Assembly (NCBI GenBank): GCA_963779825.1
Contig: CAVZZU010000009.1
Location: 72,258-136,257 of the forward strand
Source of the DNA: an uncultured Acidobacteriota bacterium
GTDB lineage: Bacteria; Acidobacteriota; Terriglobia; Acidiferrales; UBA7541
DNA: 64,000 bases
Direction: 5' to 3'
Below are positions 1 to 8,455 of the stretch, piece by piece (positions within the stretch are counted from its first letter, which is position 1; each line of letters opens with the position of its first letter). Made by a program: the position numbers and the translations under genes. The notes under the pieces were generated by a model. That model did not search any database. It was given only the letters and a program-made list of their open reading frames with translations, and was not told the origin of the DNA.

Positions 1-288
1 GCTCGAAGGCTATCTGGCGGAGTTTAAAGGGCAAAATCGACTGCCGGCGTCGATTCAAAGAAAACCCTGTCCTGGTTAGGTCTAATTTGAGTGCAGCCTA
101 ATAGATCGGTCTTCTCTGAAGGGTACTAACGGAACTACTGTTTAGAGGGTGTTGCATCGACCGGTTGAACCGGCACGGCTTATCGGGGTTTAGCGGAAAG
201 CACGGCCGAAGGGAGCGACTCTGGCTCCTGTAGCGGCCGCGGATGGTATTGGACCGACGGTTGAGTCCGCGCAACCTAAAGGTCGCAC

Positions 289-305
289 TGTTGAATCAAT
301 CAACA
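289..305. promoter_or_regulatory. Perfect inverted repeat TGTTGA-N5-TCAACA, a candidate enhancer (UAS) for a sigma-54 activator. An extra TCAACA half-site lies at 319-324.
   Basis: The palindrome was read directly. Its centre is about 125 bp upstream of the -24/-12 element at 420-435, the usual bEBP UAS distance. An AT-rich stretch (350-400) lies between them. Confidence 0.35.
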
Positions 306-419
306 GATTTGCGAAAAGTCAACAAATCCTGAAATTCGGAGATTCCTGCTGGCCTCATCCATTTTAATTAACCCATTTATTTACAATCATTTGGACCGAA
401 CCCGAATCTTTCCACCATT

Positions 420-435
420 TGGCGCGACGATTGCA
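420..435 (+). promoter_or_regulatory. Sigma-54 (-24/-12) promoter TGGCGCGACGATTGCA
   Basis: GG at 421-422 and GC at 433-434 give exact GG-N10-GC spacing. The sequence is close to the consensus TGGCAC-N5-TTGCW. It lies about 50 nt upstream of the ATG at 483. Confidence 0.6.
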
Positions 436-482
436 CTACGGCCCTGCGTAGCAAGAGCTAAAAATCCCCGGAGGACACAGAC

Positions 483-566
483 ATGAAGACCGCAAAGCCA
501 GTCAAGAAGACCAAACTCACCGCCACGAAGCTCGAAAAGAAAGTGCCGTTGACCGTGATGAGGTAA
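483..566 (+). CDS. Small ORF, 27 aa, Lys/Thr-rich: MKTAKPVKKTKLTATKLEKKVPLTVMR
   Basis: ATG is preceded by GGAGGA (470-475) at 7-nt spacing. A sigma-54 promoter lies upstream and a strong terminator downstream. The ORF is too short for the supplied ORF track. No family was recognised. Confidence 0.5.
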   Translation: MKTAKPVKKTKLTATKLEKKVPLTVMR

Positions 567-662
567 CTTCTTCGATCTGGCCGTAGCCCTGGGCTGTGTT
601 CTCTCCCATCCGTCGAGGCGCCCGGGCAGGGTTCGAGTAAGCCGAATACGCGCGGATGGCTG

Positions 663-696
663 AAGGGCCGCCTCTGAAGGCGGCCCTTTTTGTTTT
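663..696 (+). terminator. Rho-independent terminator
   Basis: 10-bp GC-rich stem AAGGGCCGCC/GGCGGCCCTT with a 6-nt loop, followed by TTTTTGTTTT. Confidence 0.85.
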
Positions 697-1212
697 GCGG
701 TGCCCGCGATTTCACCGGCGGGCGGGTGAAGCAGCCTCATCGCGCGCGTGTAAATGTCACACCCGTGTTCCTTGGTGCCTCGGCTTAAATCTGTGGGTGT
801 CGCACCCCTTCACCCGGTGCTTGCTCTCGCAATGTGGAATAACTCCGCGCCGGGCACGACACTTGACCCGGCCTGCCGGAACCCGACAACCGGGCCACCC
901 AAGTCCCCGGCATGACAGGACCTAGACGCCCCGGTTAGGGGCGCTCGGGAGATTGTCGAGTCTGGTGCATCAGCCGGGCCTAATTCGGCGGCCGGGATTA
1001 CCCTGACAGCCAAGCAAGCTGAAATCGTCACGAGACGCCTGTGGACTTTCGCGTCCCCGTTCGCCGATCCCTCCATCATTGCGGTTCGCGGCTCGCTCGG
1101 ATACGATCTGCAGTTCAACTGGCAAGGAACGTGCCGGGCGCATCATACGAACCCAATTCTCCGGAGCGACCTTGACTGCTGCCGCGCGAAACTGGCACGG
1201 GAATCACTGACG

Positions 1213-3045
1213 ATGACTAAAATGGACGCGACCGTGAAAAAGAAGGGCTTCCCGCTTCCCAGTTCGCTGAAGGTGATCGCGGGCACCGAGGCGGCGCAAG
1301 CCGGCTATCCTTACTACACGCAATTCTCCAAAGAAGACGACGACCGGTTCTGGTTTTACAACTCCATGCACTTTCCCGAGCCGATGTGCGTCTTCGACAT
1401 GATCACCGCCGAAGCCGCCTATGCCGCCCTGGGCTCGGCGAATACGCGCGTTCATTCCCTGCCGACCACGCTCGGCATTGATTGCCGGATCATCAACGGC
1501 CGCGTCTATATCGGCGGTAACGCCGTCACCGATCCTGCGGAGATCGCCAAGCGCACGGAAGAATTTCAGCTTCGCGCTTTCTACTACTACGCAAACTGGG
1601 AGCGGCTCTTCGCGCAGTGGAAGAATAAGATGATGAAGCTCATTCGCGACGCCGAGGCGCTACCGAAACTGGAGCTTCCGGAATTCGAGCCGCTGGAACA
1701 CGTTCATGCCGGCCGCGGCGTCGCCTCCAATCACTACATCCTTGAAACGTATCAGAAAACTCTGGAAGGCTACTTCCGGATGTGGCAGCACCATTTCGAG
1801 TTTCTCCTGCTCGGATACGGCGCTTACCTGACCTTCTTCGATTTCTGCAAGAAAGCGTTCCCGGAAATCAGTGATCAGACGGTAGCGCGCATGGTGGCGG
1901 GCATCGAGGCGGAAATCTTTCGTCCCGATGACGAGCTTCGGCGCCTCGCGAAATGCGCCATTGAACTCGGCGTGGATGGCCAGTTCCGCGAAGGCCTAAC
2001 GCCGGACCAGATCATCAAGTCTCTAGAGAAACTCGGTGAGAAAGGCGCGGCCTGGTTGAAGGAACTCGCTATTTCGCGCGATCCCTGGTTCAACATCAAC
2101 GTCGGCGACGGCTTCTATCATTACCATCGTTCGTGGAACGACGACTTGACCATGCCTTTCGGCGCCCTGCCGAACTACATCGCAAATGCCAAGAAGGGCG
2201 AGCGCCTCGAACGCCAGACGGACAAATTAATCACTGAACGCAAGCAGCTGATTGCCGACTACCGCGAGCTTTTGGAGACCGACGACGAGCGCGCTGCATA
2301 CGATCAGATGATCGAGCTCGCGCACCGCGTCTTCCCGTACGTCGAGGGGCACAAATTTTATTGCGAGCATTGGTACACCAACCTTTTCTTCAACAAGATT
2401 CGCGAATTCGGCGCCATGCTCGCTTCAAAAGGATTCTTCCCCGATACCGAAGACGTATTTCAGTTGAGCCATTACGAACTGGAAGCGGCGATCGTTGACC
2501 TGATGACTTCCTGGTCGAACGGTTCTCCTCCGCGCGGTATTTCGCACTGGCCCGCAATCGTTCGAGAACGCAAGGCAGCGATCAAGGAATGGGCGAAGCA
2601 CGCAACTGCTCCGGCGCTTGGACCCGTTCCCGACATCATTGATGATCCTGCGATCGTGATGCTGTGGGGGATCACCCGCGAGAATCTCGATAAGTGGCTG
2701 ACGGCCGGCGAGAAGCCGGATTCCAATGAGATCAGAGGCTTCGCCGCTTCGAATGGTGTGGTCGAGGGCATCGCCCGCGTCGTGAAATCTGCGGACGAGA
2801 TTAGTCGCCTGCGCAAAGGCGACATCCTGGTTTGCCAGGTCACCAATCCGAGCTGGGCTCCCGTTTTCCAGAATATCTCCGCGGCAGTATCCGACATCGG
2901 CGGCTCGATGAGCCACGCGGCGATTGTGGCGCGTGAGTATGGCCTGCCCGCTGTGGTCGGCACAGGCACCGGCACTCAGAAAATTAAGGACGGCCAACGA
3001 ATCCGCGTTGACGGCGGCCGCGGCGTAGTAACCCTTCTCGAGTAG
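1213..3045 (+). CDS. PEP-utilising-enzyme family phosphotransferase, large subunit. The N-terminal ~470 aa are an unassigned domain and the C-terminus is a phosphohistidine swivel domain. PpsA-like, as in phenylphosphate synthase.
   Basis: The C-terminal motif GGSMSHAAIVAREYGLPAVVGTG marks the mobile His domain. The protein ends right after it, so there is no PEP/pyruvate TIM-barrel domain. 610 aa. Confidence 0.85.
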   Translation: MTKMDATVKKKGFPLPSSLKVIAGTEAAQAGYPYYTQFSKEDDDRFWFYNSMHFPEPMCVFDMITAEAAYAALGSANTRVHSLPTTLGIDCRIINGRVYIGGNAVTDPAEIAKRTEEFQLRAFYYYANWERLFAQWKNKMMKLIRDAEALPKLELPEFEPLEHVHAGRGVASNHYILETYQKTLEGYFRMWQHHFEFLLLGYGAYLTFFDFCKKAFPEISDQTVARMVAGIEAEIFRPDDELRRLAKCAIELGVDGQFREGLTPDQIIKSLEKLGEKGAAWLKELAISRDPWFNINVGDGFYHYHRSWNDDLTMPFGALPNYIANAKKGERLERQTDKLITERKQLIADYRELLETDDERAAYDQMIELAHRVFPYVEGHKFYCEHWYTNLFFNKIREFGAMLASKGFFPDTEDVFQLSHYELEAAIVDLMTSWSNGSPPRGISHWPAIVRERKAAIKEWAKHATAPALGPVPDIIDDPAIVMLWGITRENLDKWLTAGEKPDSNEIRGFAASNGVVEGIARVVKSADEISRLRKGDILVCQVTNPSWAPVFQNISAAVSDIGGSMSHAAIVAREYGLPAVVGTGTGTQKIKDGQRIRVDGGRGVVTLLE

Positions 3046-3055
3046 AATAGACTTC

Positions 3056-4105
3056 GTGCACTCTTCAGAGATCATTGGCTGGTTTGCGGACATCGGTCTC
3101 TCCGATCGCCCGACTGTCGGCGGTAAAGGCGGATCGCTGGGCGAAATGACGCGGGCGAGCATTCCTGTGCCGCCCGGCTTCGTGGTGCGAACTGCCGCGT
3201 TTGAGCGTTTTCTTCGAGCGCTCGAAAAGGAAGAGCCGATTCGCCCGAAGGTAGAAGCTCTGGGTGCGGATCAACTCGACGAGATCACTGCGCTTTCCAA
3301 GCATCTCCGCGCACGTTTGGAAAGTGTGCCGCTGCCGGACGACATCAATTCCGAACTCATCGCGGCGCACGCAGAACTTTGTGGCGCGAACTGCGATTCG
3401 CCTGTGGCGGTGCGCTCGTCGGCCACCACCGAGGACGCTGAAGACGCCAGTTTTGCGGGACTCCAGGACACGTACTTGTGGGTGAAGGATGCGCAGTCAA
3501 CAATGAAATACGTGCGCTCCTGCTGGGCCAGTCTCTATTCCGTTCCCTCGATTGCGTACCGCCGTAAGCACGGCTTGCCGGAAACCGGCGTGGCCATGGC
3601 GGTCGTAATTCAGCGGATGGTGAATGCGCGAACCGCGGGAGTGATGTTCACGCGCAGCCCCCTGACCGGCGACCGTTCTGTAATCACCATCGAAGGAGCA
3701 TGGGGTCTCGGCTCCGCTGTGGTGAGCGGGGAGGTCACGCCCGACCGCTTCGTGATCGCCAAGATCACCGGCGAAATCTCCGTGCGCGATATTTCCGACA
3801 AGCACATTCAACATTTGCCTGCGCCGGATGGCGGCGTCATCGAGGTTGAAACTCCAGAAAATCTCCGGCGAGAACCCTGCCTTAGCGACCCAGAGATCGT
3901 CGCGCTCCGGGACATCGCCCGCAGGATCGAGCGCCACTACGGCCGCCCGCAGGATATCGAGTGGGCCGTTGATCAGTCCGGCGACATCTTGTTGTTGCAG
4001 AGCCGGCCAGAGACAGTTTGGTCCTCGAAGGACCGTGCGCCCGTCGCCAAGCCTGCGGAGAATCCGCTTCACCACGTCATGAAAATCTTCGGAGGCCGCC
4101 GGTGA
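3056..4105 (+). CDS. PEP synthase / PPDK N-terminal ATP-binding (ATP-grasp) domain protein, PpsB-like
   Basis: N-terminal VGGKGGSLGEM...IPVPPGFVV and DIEWA motifs are typical of PPDK_N. 349 aa. It starts 10 nt after the preceding gene. Confidence 0.85.
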   Translation: MHSSEIIGWFADIGLSDRPTVGGKGGSLGEMTRASIPVPPGFVVRTAAFERFLRALEKEEPIRPKVEALGADQLDEITALSKHLRARLESVPLPDDINSELIAAHAELCGANCDSPVAVRSSATTEDAEDASFAGLQDTYLWVKDAQSTMKYVRSCWASLYSVPSIAYRRKHGLPETGVAMAVVIQRMVNARTAGVMFTRSPLTGDRSVITIEGAWGLGSAVVSGEVTPDRFVIAKITGEISVRDISDKHIQHLPAPDGGVIEVETPENLRREPCLSDPEIVALRDIARRIERHYGRPQDIEWAVDQSGDILLLQSRPETVWSSKDRAPVAKPAENPLHHVMKIFGGRR

Positions 4106-4563
4106 CTCTCACTGCCAAGGACGTGGCGGAGATCATGCGGCTGCTCGAACAATCGAGTTTCGATAACCTCTCGCTCGAAATTGACGGCGTGAAGCTGAAC
4201 CTGCAACGCGGCTCGGCCGCTCTTATCCGTGAGTCTGCGGTCCCCGTCCCGTCAGTCCAGTCGCAGCCGAAGCCGCTGCAATCAGCTTCGCCAAAAATCA
4301 AACCGCCGTCCGAGCCCGGACTCGCGGAAGTCGCCTCTCCTCTGCTCGGAATTTTCTATCGCGCGCCCAAGCCCGGCGAGCCGCCGTTCGTCGAAGTTGG
4401 CTCGAAAGTCGAAGACGACACGGTCATCGGCATCATCGAAGTGATGAAATTAATGAACTCCGTGCGCGCTGGCGTGAAAGGCGAAGTGGTCGAGATACTG
4501 GCGGAAAACGCGGCGCTCGTCGAATATGACGAGATTTTGCTGCGCCTGCGCCCCGGAACCTAG
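4102..4563 (+). CDS. Biotin carboxyl carrier protein (stand-alone BCCP)
   Basis: Biotinyl-lysine motif IIEVMKLMN near the C-terminus, plus a Pro/Ala/Ser-rich linker. The GTG start overlaps the upstream TGA (GTGA), with GGAGG 8 nt upstream. Confidence 0.8.
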   Translation: MTLTAKDVAEIMRLLEQSSFDNLSLEIDGVKLNLQRGSAALIRESAVPVPSVQSQPKPLQSASPKIKPPSEPGLAEVASPLLGIFYRAPKPGEPPFVEVGSKVEDDTVIGIIEVMKLMNSVRAGVKGEVVEILAENAALVEYDEILLRLRPGT

Positions 4564-4565
4564 CA

Positions 4566-5942
4566 ATGGCGATCCGCCGCATCCTGATCGCCAATCGCGG
4601 CGAAATTGCTCTCCGCGTCATTCGCACCTGCAAGGCGCTCGGCATCGAAAGCGTTCTGGCTGCTTCCAAGGCGGATATGGATTCGCTTCCCGCTCGCCTC
4701 GCGAACCGCACTCTTTGCATCGGCCCCGCCCGGCCTGCGGATAGTTATCTGCGGGCAGACACGATCGTGCAGGCCGCGCTCAGCGTGAAGGCGGACGTCA
4801 TTCACCCGGGCTACGGATTTCTTTCCGAGCGCGCGGTTCTCGCCAGACTCTGCGAACAAGAAGGCGTAATCTTCATCGGCCCGACGGCCGCTCAAATCGA
4901 GGCCGTCGGCGATAAGCTGCGTGCGCGAGCAGAAGCTGAGTCCGCCGGCGTGCCCACCGCGCCGGGCGGCGCCGTTGCAACCGTGCGCGAAGCCGAAGTG
5001 CTCGGACGAAAAATCGGCGTGCCGCTGCTGATCAAAGCGGTTGGCGGCGGCGGCGGTCGCGGCATGAAGCGAGTGGATCGCCTGGAGGACATACCTTCGG
5101 CAATGGAGCTAGCCGGAGCGGAAGCGGGGTCGGCGTTTGGCGACGCACGCGTTTACCTTGAGCGATTTGTGGAACGCGGCCGCCATGTGGAAGTCCAGGT
5201 CCTCGGTGACGGAAACGGCCGCGTGATACATCTCGGCGAGCGCGACTGTTCGGTTCAGCGCCGCTTTCAAAAGTTGATCGAGGAAACACCGGCTCCCGGC
5301 CTTTCCGCGGACTTTCGTGCGCGCATCCACGCGGCCGCCGTGCACTTTGGCGAGCGGCTCTGCTACCGCAGCGCGGGCACGGTCGAATTCCTCGTTGATC
5401 TGGAGCGTGACGCTTTCTACTTCCTGGAAATGAACGCCCGCATTCAGGTCGAACACCCAATCACGGAAGCGGTAACCGGAATAGACTTGGTGGCCGAGCA
5501 GATCGCCATCGCCGACGGCCGCGGCCTGCGCCTGAAACAAGCGGATGTCCGGAGGAATGGTTGCGCAATCGAGTGCAGGATCAACGCGGAAGATCCAGCG
5601 CGCGATTTTCAGCCCAGCCCCGGCACGGTTCGCACCGCCGTGTGGCCCTTAGGCGAAGGCGTCCGCGTGGATACCCACATTGCTTCTGGTTCTCGCATCC
5701 CGCCATATTACGATTCTCTGATGGCGAAGATTATCGCGCACGGTGCCGATCGCCCCGCGGCAATCGAACGGATGCGCCACGCGCTCGCAGCGACTCGCAT
5801 CGAGGGCGTCGCCACGAATATCGCGTTCCACTTAGAAGTCCTGGCCGATCCGGAATTTCAAGCCGGAGGCGTGGACACTGGTTTTCTGCCGCGCTTCCTT
5901 GAACGCCAGCGCCTCGCGCAGGGGGTTCGTGCGCATGGCTAA
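4566..5942 (+). CDS. Biotin carboxylase (AccC-type ATP-grasp)
   Basis: Motifs RILIANRGEIALRVIRT, GGGGRGM and EMNARIQVEHPITE. 458 aa. Confidence 0.95.
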   Translation: MAIRRILIANRGEIALRVIRTCKALGIESVLAASKADMDSLPARLANRTLCIGPARPADSYLRADTIVQAALSVKADVIHPGYGFLSERAVLARLCEQEGVIFIGPTAAQIEAVGDKLRARAEAESAGVPTAPGGAVATVREAEVLGRKIGVPLLIKAVGGGGGRGMKRVDRLEDIPSAMELAGAEAGSAFGDARVYLERFVERGRHVEVQVLGDGNGRVIHLGERDCSVQRRFQKLIEETPAPGLSADFRARIHAAAVHFGERLCYRSAGTVEFLVDLERDAFYFLEMNARIQVEHPITEAVTGIDLVAEQIAIADGRGLRLKQADVRRNGCAIECRINAEDPARDFQPSPGTVRTAVWPLGEGVRVDTHIASGSRIPPYYDSLMAKIIAHGADRPAAIERMRHALAATRIEGVATNIAFHLEVLADPEFQAGGVDTGFLPRFLERQRLAQGVRAHG

Positions 5943-7416
5943 AGTACAAATCGTAGAAACTTCGCTGCGTGACGGCAACCAGTGCCTTTGGTCCGCCCTC
6001 GGCGTGGACACAGCTCGCAGCCTGACCATCGCGCCCGTCATGGACCGCGTGGGTTTCAAGGCCATAGATTTCACCACCTCGACTCACATGGGCGTTGCTG
6101 TCCGTTTCAAAAAGGAAGATCCCTGGGAACGCATTCGCCTGATGGCCGCAGCTATGCCGAAGACGCCGTTGCAATTCCTCTCCACCGGATTTCGTTTTAT
6201 TTCCTGGGAAACGGCCAGCCCCGAGTTCATGGCGCTCGTGTTCAAGACTCTCATCAACAACGGTATGCGCCGGTTCGCTTTGGCCGATCCAATGAACGAC
6301 GCGGACTCCAACGTCGCCTGCGCGCGCATGATCAAAGCGGCCGGGGGCGAGTACGTGATCGGCGCGCTCGTCTTTACGCTGAGTCCCATTCACGACGACA
6401 CTCACTACGTTGCCCGCGCCAGCACGCTTGCCGCAAGCCCCGATGTGGACGCGGTATACATCAAAGATCCCGGCGGTCTTTTGACGCCCTTGCGCGCCCG
6501 CACACTTATTCCGGCCATCAAGGCCGTCATCGGCAGCAAGCCGCTCGAGCTGCATTCGCACTGCACCATCGGCATCGGCGAACTCACATACATGGACGCG
6601 CCCGATTGGGGCGTGAGCGCCGTTCAATGCGCGTCGGGCGGCGTCGCCGACGGCATTTCCAATCCGCCATCCGAGCGCGTAGTTTCCAATCTCCGCGCGC
6701 TGGGGCATCAGGTGGACGTGGACGATCAGGCGCTCGCGGAGGTCGGCCGCTACTTCACCCGCCTTGCCGCGGCGGAAGGGCTCCCCACCGGCAGCCCGCA
6801 GGCTTTCGACGCCAGCTATCTTCGCCACCAAATGCCGGGAGGAACCGTTGGCACGATGCGCCGCCATCTTGCCGAAACCAGAGTCTCCCATTTGGAGGGT
6901 GCCGTTGTTGAGGAGTTGGACCGCGTGCGCCAGGAGCTTGGCTGGCCGATCGTGATGACTCCTTTCGCGCAGATGTTGATCACCCAGGCGGTAATGAACG
7001 TCACCGGAAAAGAGCGCTACGCCACCATTCCCGACGAAATCATCCGCTACGCGCTGGGAAAATTCGGCCGGCCCAATATTCCGATTGCGCCGGAGGTGAT
7101 GGGTCGCATTGAGTCTCTGCCTCGCACGCGCGAGCTGCGCCAACAACCGGGAATGCCGCCTCTGCGCGAATTGCGCCAGCGCATCGGCCCGGAATTAAGC
7201 GACGAGGAATTTCTCCTTCGTGCCACCATGCCCTCCGGTCAGGTGGACGCGATGAAGGCGGCCGGGCCTGCGGAAAAAAACTACGATCCTGATATGGCTC
7301 CGGTGATGAGCCTGCTTCGTCAATTGAGTGCCATTCGTGACATCGCTTACCTGTCAATCGAAAAGGGCAGCTTCAAGCTTGAACTGCGCGGGCAGGCTGC
7401 CCCGGTGGAGGCGTGA
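5935..7416 (+). CDS. Carboxyltransferase subunit, HMGL-like (pyruvate carboxylase subunit B / oxaloacetate decarboxylase alpha type), lacking its own biotinyl domain
   Basis: The N-terminus reads MAKVQIVETSLRDGNQCLWS, a TIM-barrel carboxyltransferase signature. No AMKM motif at the C-terminus. The start overlaps the end of the biotin carboxylase gene by 8 nt. Confidence 0.8.
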   Translation: MAKVQIVETSLRDGNQCLWSALGVDTARSLTIAPVMDRVGFKAIDFTTSTHMGVAVRFKKEDPWERIRLMAAAMPKTPLQFLSTGFRFISWETASPEFMALVFKTLINNGMRRFALADPMNDADSNVACARMIKAAGGEYVIGALVFTLSPIHDDTHYVARASTLAASPDVDAVYIKDPGGLLTPLRARTLIPAIKAVIGSKPLELHSHCTIGIGELTYMDAPDWGVSAVQCASGGVADGISNPPSERVVSNLRALGHQVDVDDQALAEVGRYFTRLAAAEGLPTGSPQAFDASYLRHQMPGGTVGTMRRHLAETRVSHLEGAVVEELDRVRQELGWPIVMTPFAQMLITQAVMNVTGKERYATIPDEIIRYALGKFGRPNIPIAPEVMGRIESLPRTRELRQQPGMPPLRELRQRIGPELSDEEFLLRATMPSGQVDAMKAAGPAEKNYDPDMAPVMSLLRQLSAIRDIAYLSIEKGSFKLELRGQAAPVEA

Positions 7417-8297
7417 GCATGGCTTCGCGTGGCAAACGTTGGAATGAGCCTTTGGGGCCTGTCGAGGGCTTCATGTTCGATCTCGACGGCACACTGCTCC
7501 TCAGTGACCGCTCCCTCGGCGGTTACCGCTTGCTGCCCGGAGCCGTCGAGATTCTGTGCGAGCTACAAACTCGCGGCATTCCGTTCGTCGTGCTCACGAA
7601 CGGCACCGCGTACCCGGTGGCGGAGCAGGCGCCGAAACTCCGCGCGCTGGGCCTGCCCATTTCCGATGAGGCGTTGCTCACGCCGAACACCGTCACAGCG
7701 GACCTGATGCCGAAGCGCGGCGTGAAGCGCGCCCTCGTGTTAGGCGTGCCGGGGGTGGGCCAGCCGCTCGCCGAAGCCGGCATCGAGACTGTCTTCCCCG
7801 GAAAAGATCGCGCCGAAGATGTACAGGCGGTATATGTCGGCTGGCACCCGGACTGTGGCATGAAGGATATCGAAGCGGCCTGCAAAGCGATCTGGAATGG
7901 CGCCGAGCTTTACGTCGCCTCCGACGTCCCTTTTTTTGCCACGTCCGCCGGCAAAACGATGGGGTACTCGCACGCAATCGTCGCCGCGGTCAGAAAGATA
8001 ACGCACGCTCCCATGATTCTTACCGGCAAGCCCTCATTGCATGCGCTGAGGCTGGTCGCAAAAAAACTCGGCATTCCCATGCGCAGGGTCGGCGTAGTTG
8101 GCGACGATCCGCTCGTGGAAATGATCATGGCCCGGCGCGGCGGAGCAATGGGCTTTGGTGTGACCACCGGTTTCACAACCGAGGAGGACTGGGCCGCGCT
8201 ACCGCGCGCTCGCCGCCCGCATCGGATCGTGGGCAGCCTCGACGAAATTCTGAAGCTGACCGCTTCCCCATCCGGGAAATCACGTCGGAGCAAGTGA
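7413..8297 (+). CDS. HAD-superfamily hydrolase, subfamily IIA (NagD-like phosphatase)
   Basis: Motif I FDLDGTLL, motif II VLTNGT, and K...GDD motifs. The GTG start overlaps the upstream TGA; an alternative ATG lies at 7419. Confidence 0.8.
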   Translation: MSMASRGKRWNEPLGPVEGFMFDLDGTLLLSDRSLGGYRLLPGAVEILCELQTRGIPFVVLTNGTAYPVAEQAPKLRALGLPISDEALLTPNTVTADLMPKRGVKRALVLGVPGVGQPLAEAGIETVFPGKDRAEDVQAVYVGWHPDCGMKDIEAACKAIWNGAELYVASDVPFFATSAGKTMGYSHAIVAAVRKITHAPMILTGKPSLHALRLVAKKLGIPMRRVGVVGDDPLVEMIMARRGGAMGFGVTTGFTTEEDWAALPRARRPHRIVGSLDEILKLTASPSGKSRRSK

Positions 8298-8455
8298 ACA
8301 CGCCAACGGATTGCGCCGCCGGGAGAATGTCGAAGGCGAGCGCACCCGATCCGGAGTTTTCGGAATTCAGCCGAGCTATCCGAGGAAAGCGGCAGGACTT
8401 CCCGTAACGGTTGGTTGGCTTCGGCGTTTTGGTAGTGCTTTCATTTTCTGGGCGT

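Noticed and set aside
2-79. A frame open from the window edge to the TAG at 77-79 (LEGYLAEFKGQNRLPASIQRKPCPG), possibly the 3' end of an upstream gene.
   Set aside because: Only 25 codons are visible and there is no recognisable motif, so it cannot be supported as a feature.
900-1010. A possible guanidine (ykkC) or other riboswitch, considered because biotin carboxylases follow.
   Set aside because: The conserved ykkC blocks (GGGUUCCG, GGUCCGAGAG, ACACGGCGGGA) are not present. Only generic GC hairpins are seen.
387-1118. ORF-track entries 387-740(-), 458-715(-), 656-925(+) and 810-1118(-).
   Set aside because: They overlap one another and the promoter, small ORF and terminator. Their composition is Arg/Pro/Ala/Gly-rich and low-complexity, as is typical of random frames in GC-rich DNA. 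They have no SD sequences.
1192-1206. TGGCACGGGAATCAC, a sigma-54-like -24 box just before the gene at 1213.
   Set aside because: The -12 position reads AC instead of GC. The predicted TSS would also fall inside or after the start codon.
5731-7146. A 471-aa ORF antisense to the carboxyltransferase gene. Similar cases: 2425-3162(-), 3497-4075(-) and 5109-5540(-).
   Set aside because: These are shadow ORFs opposite well-supported genes. They have biased composition and no motifs.
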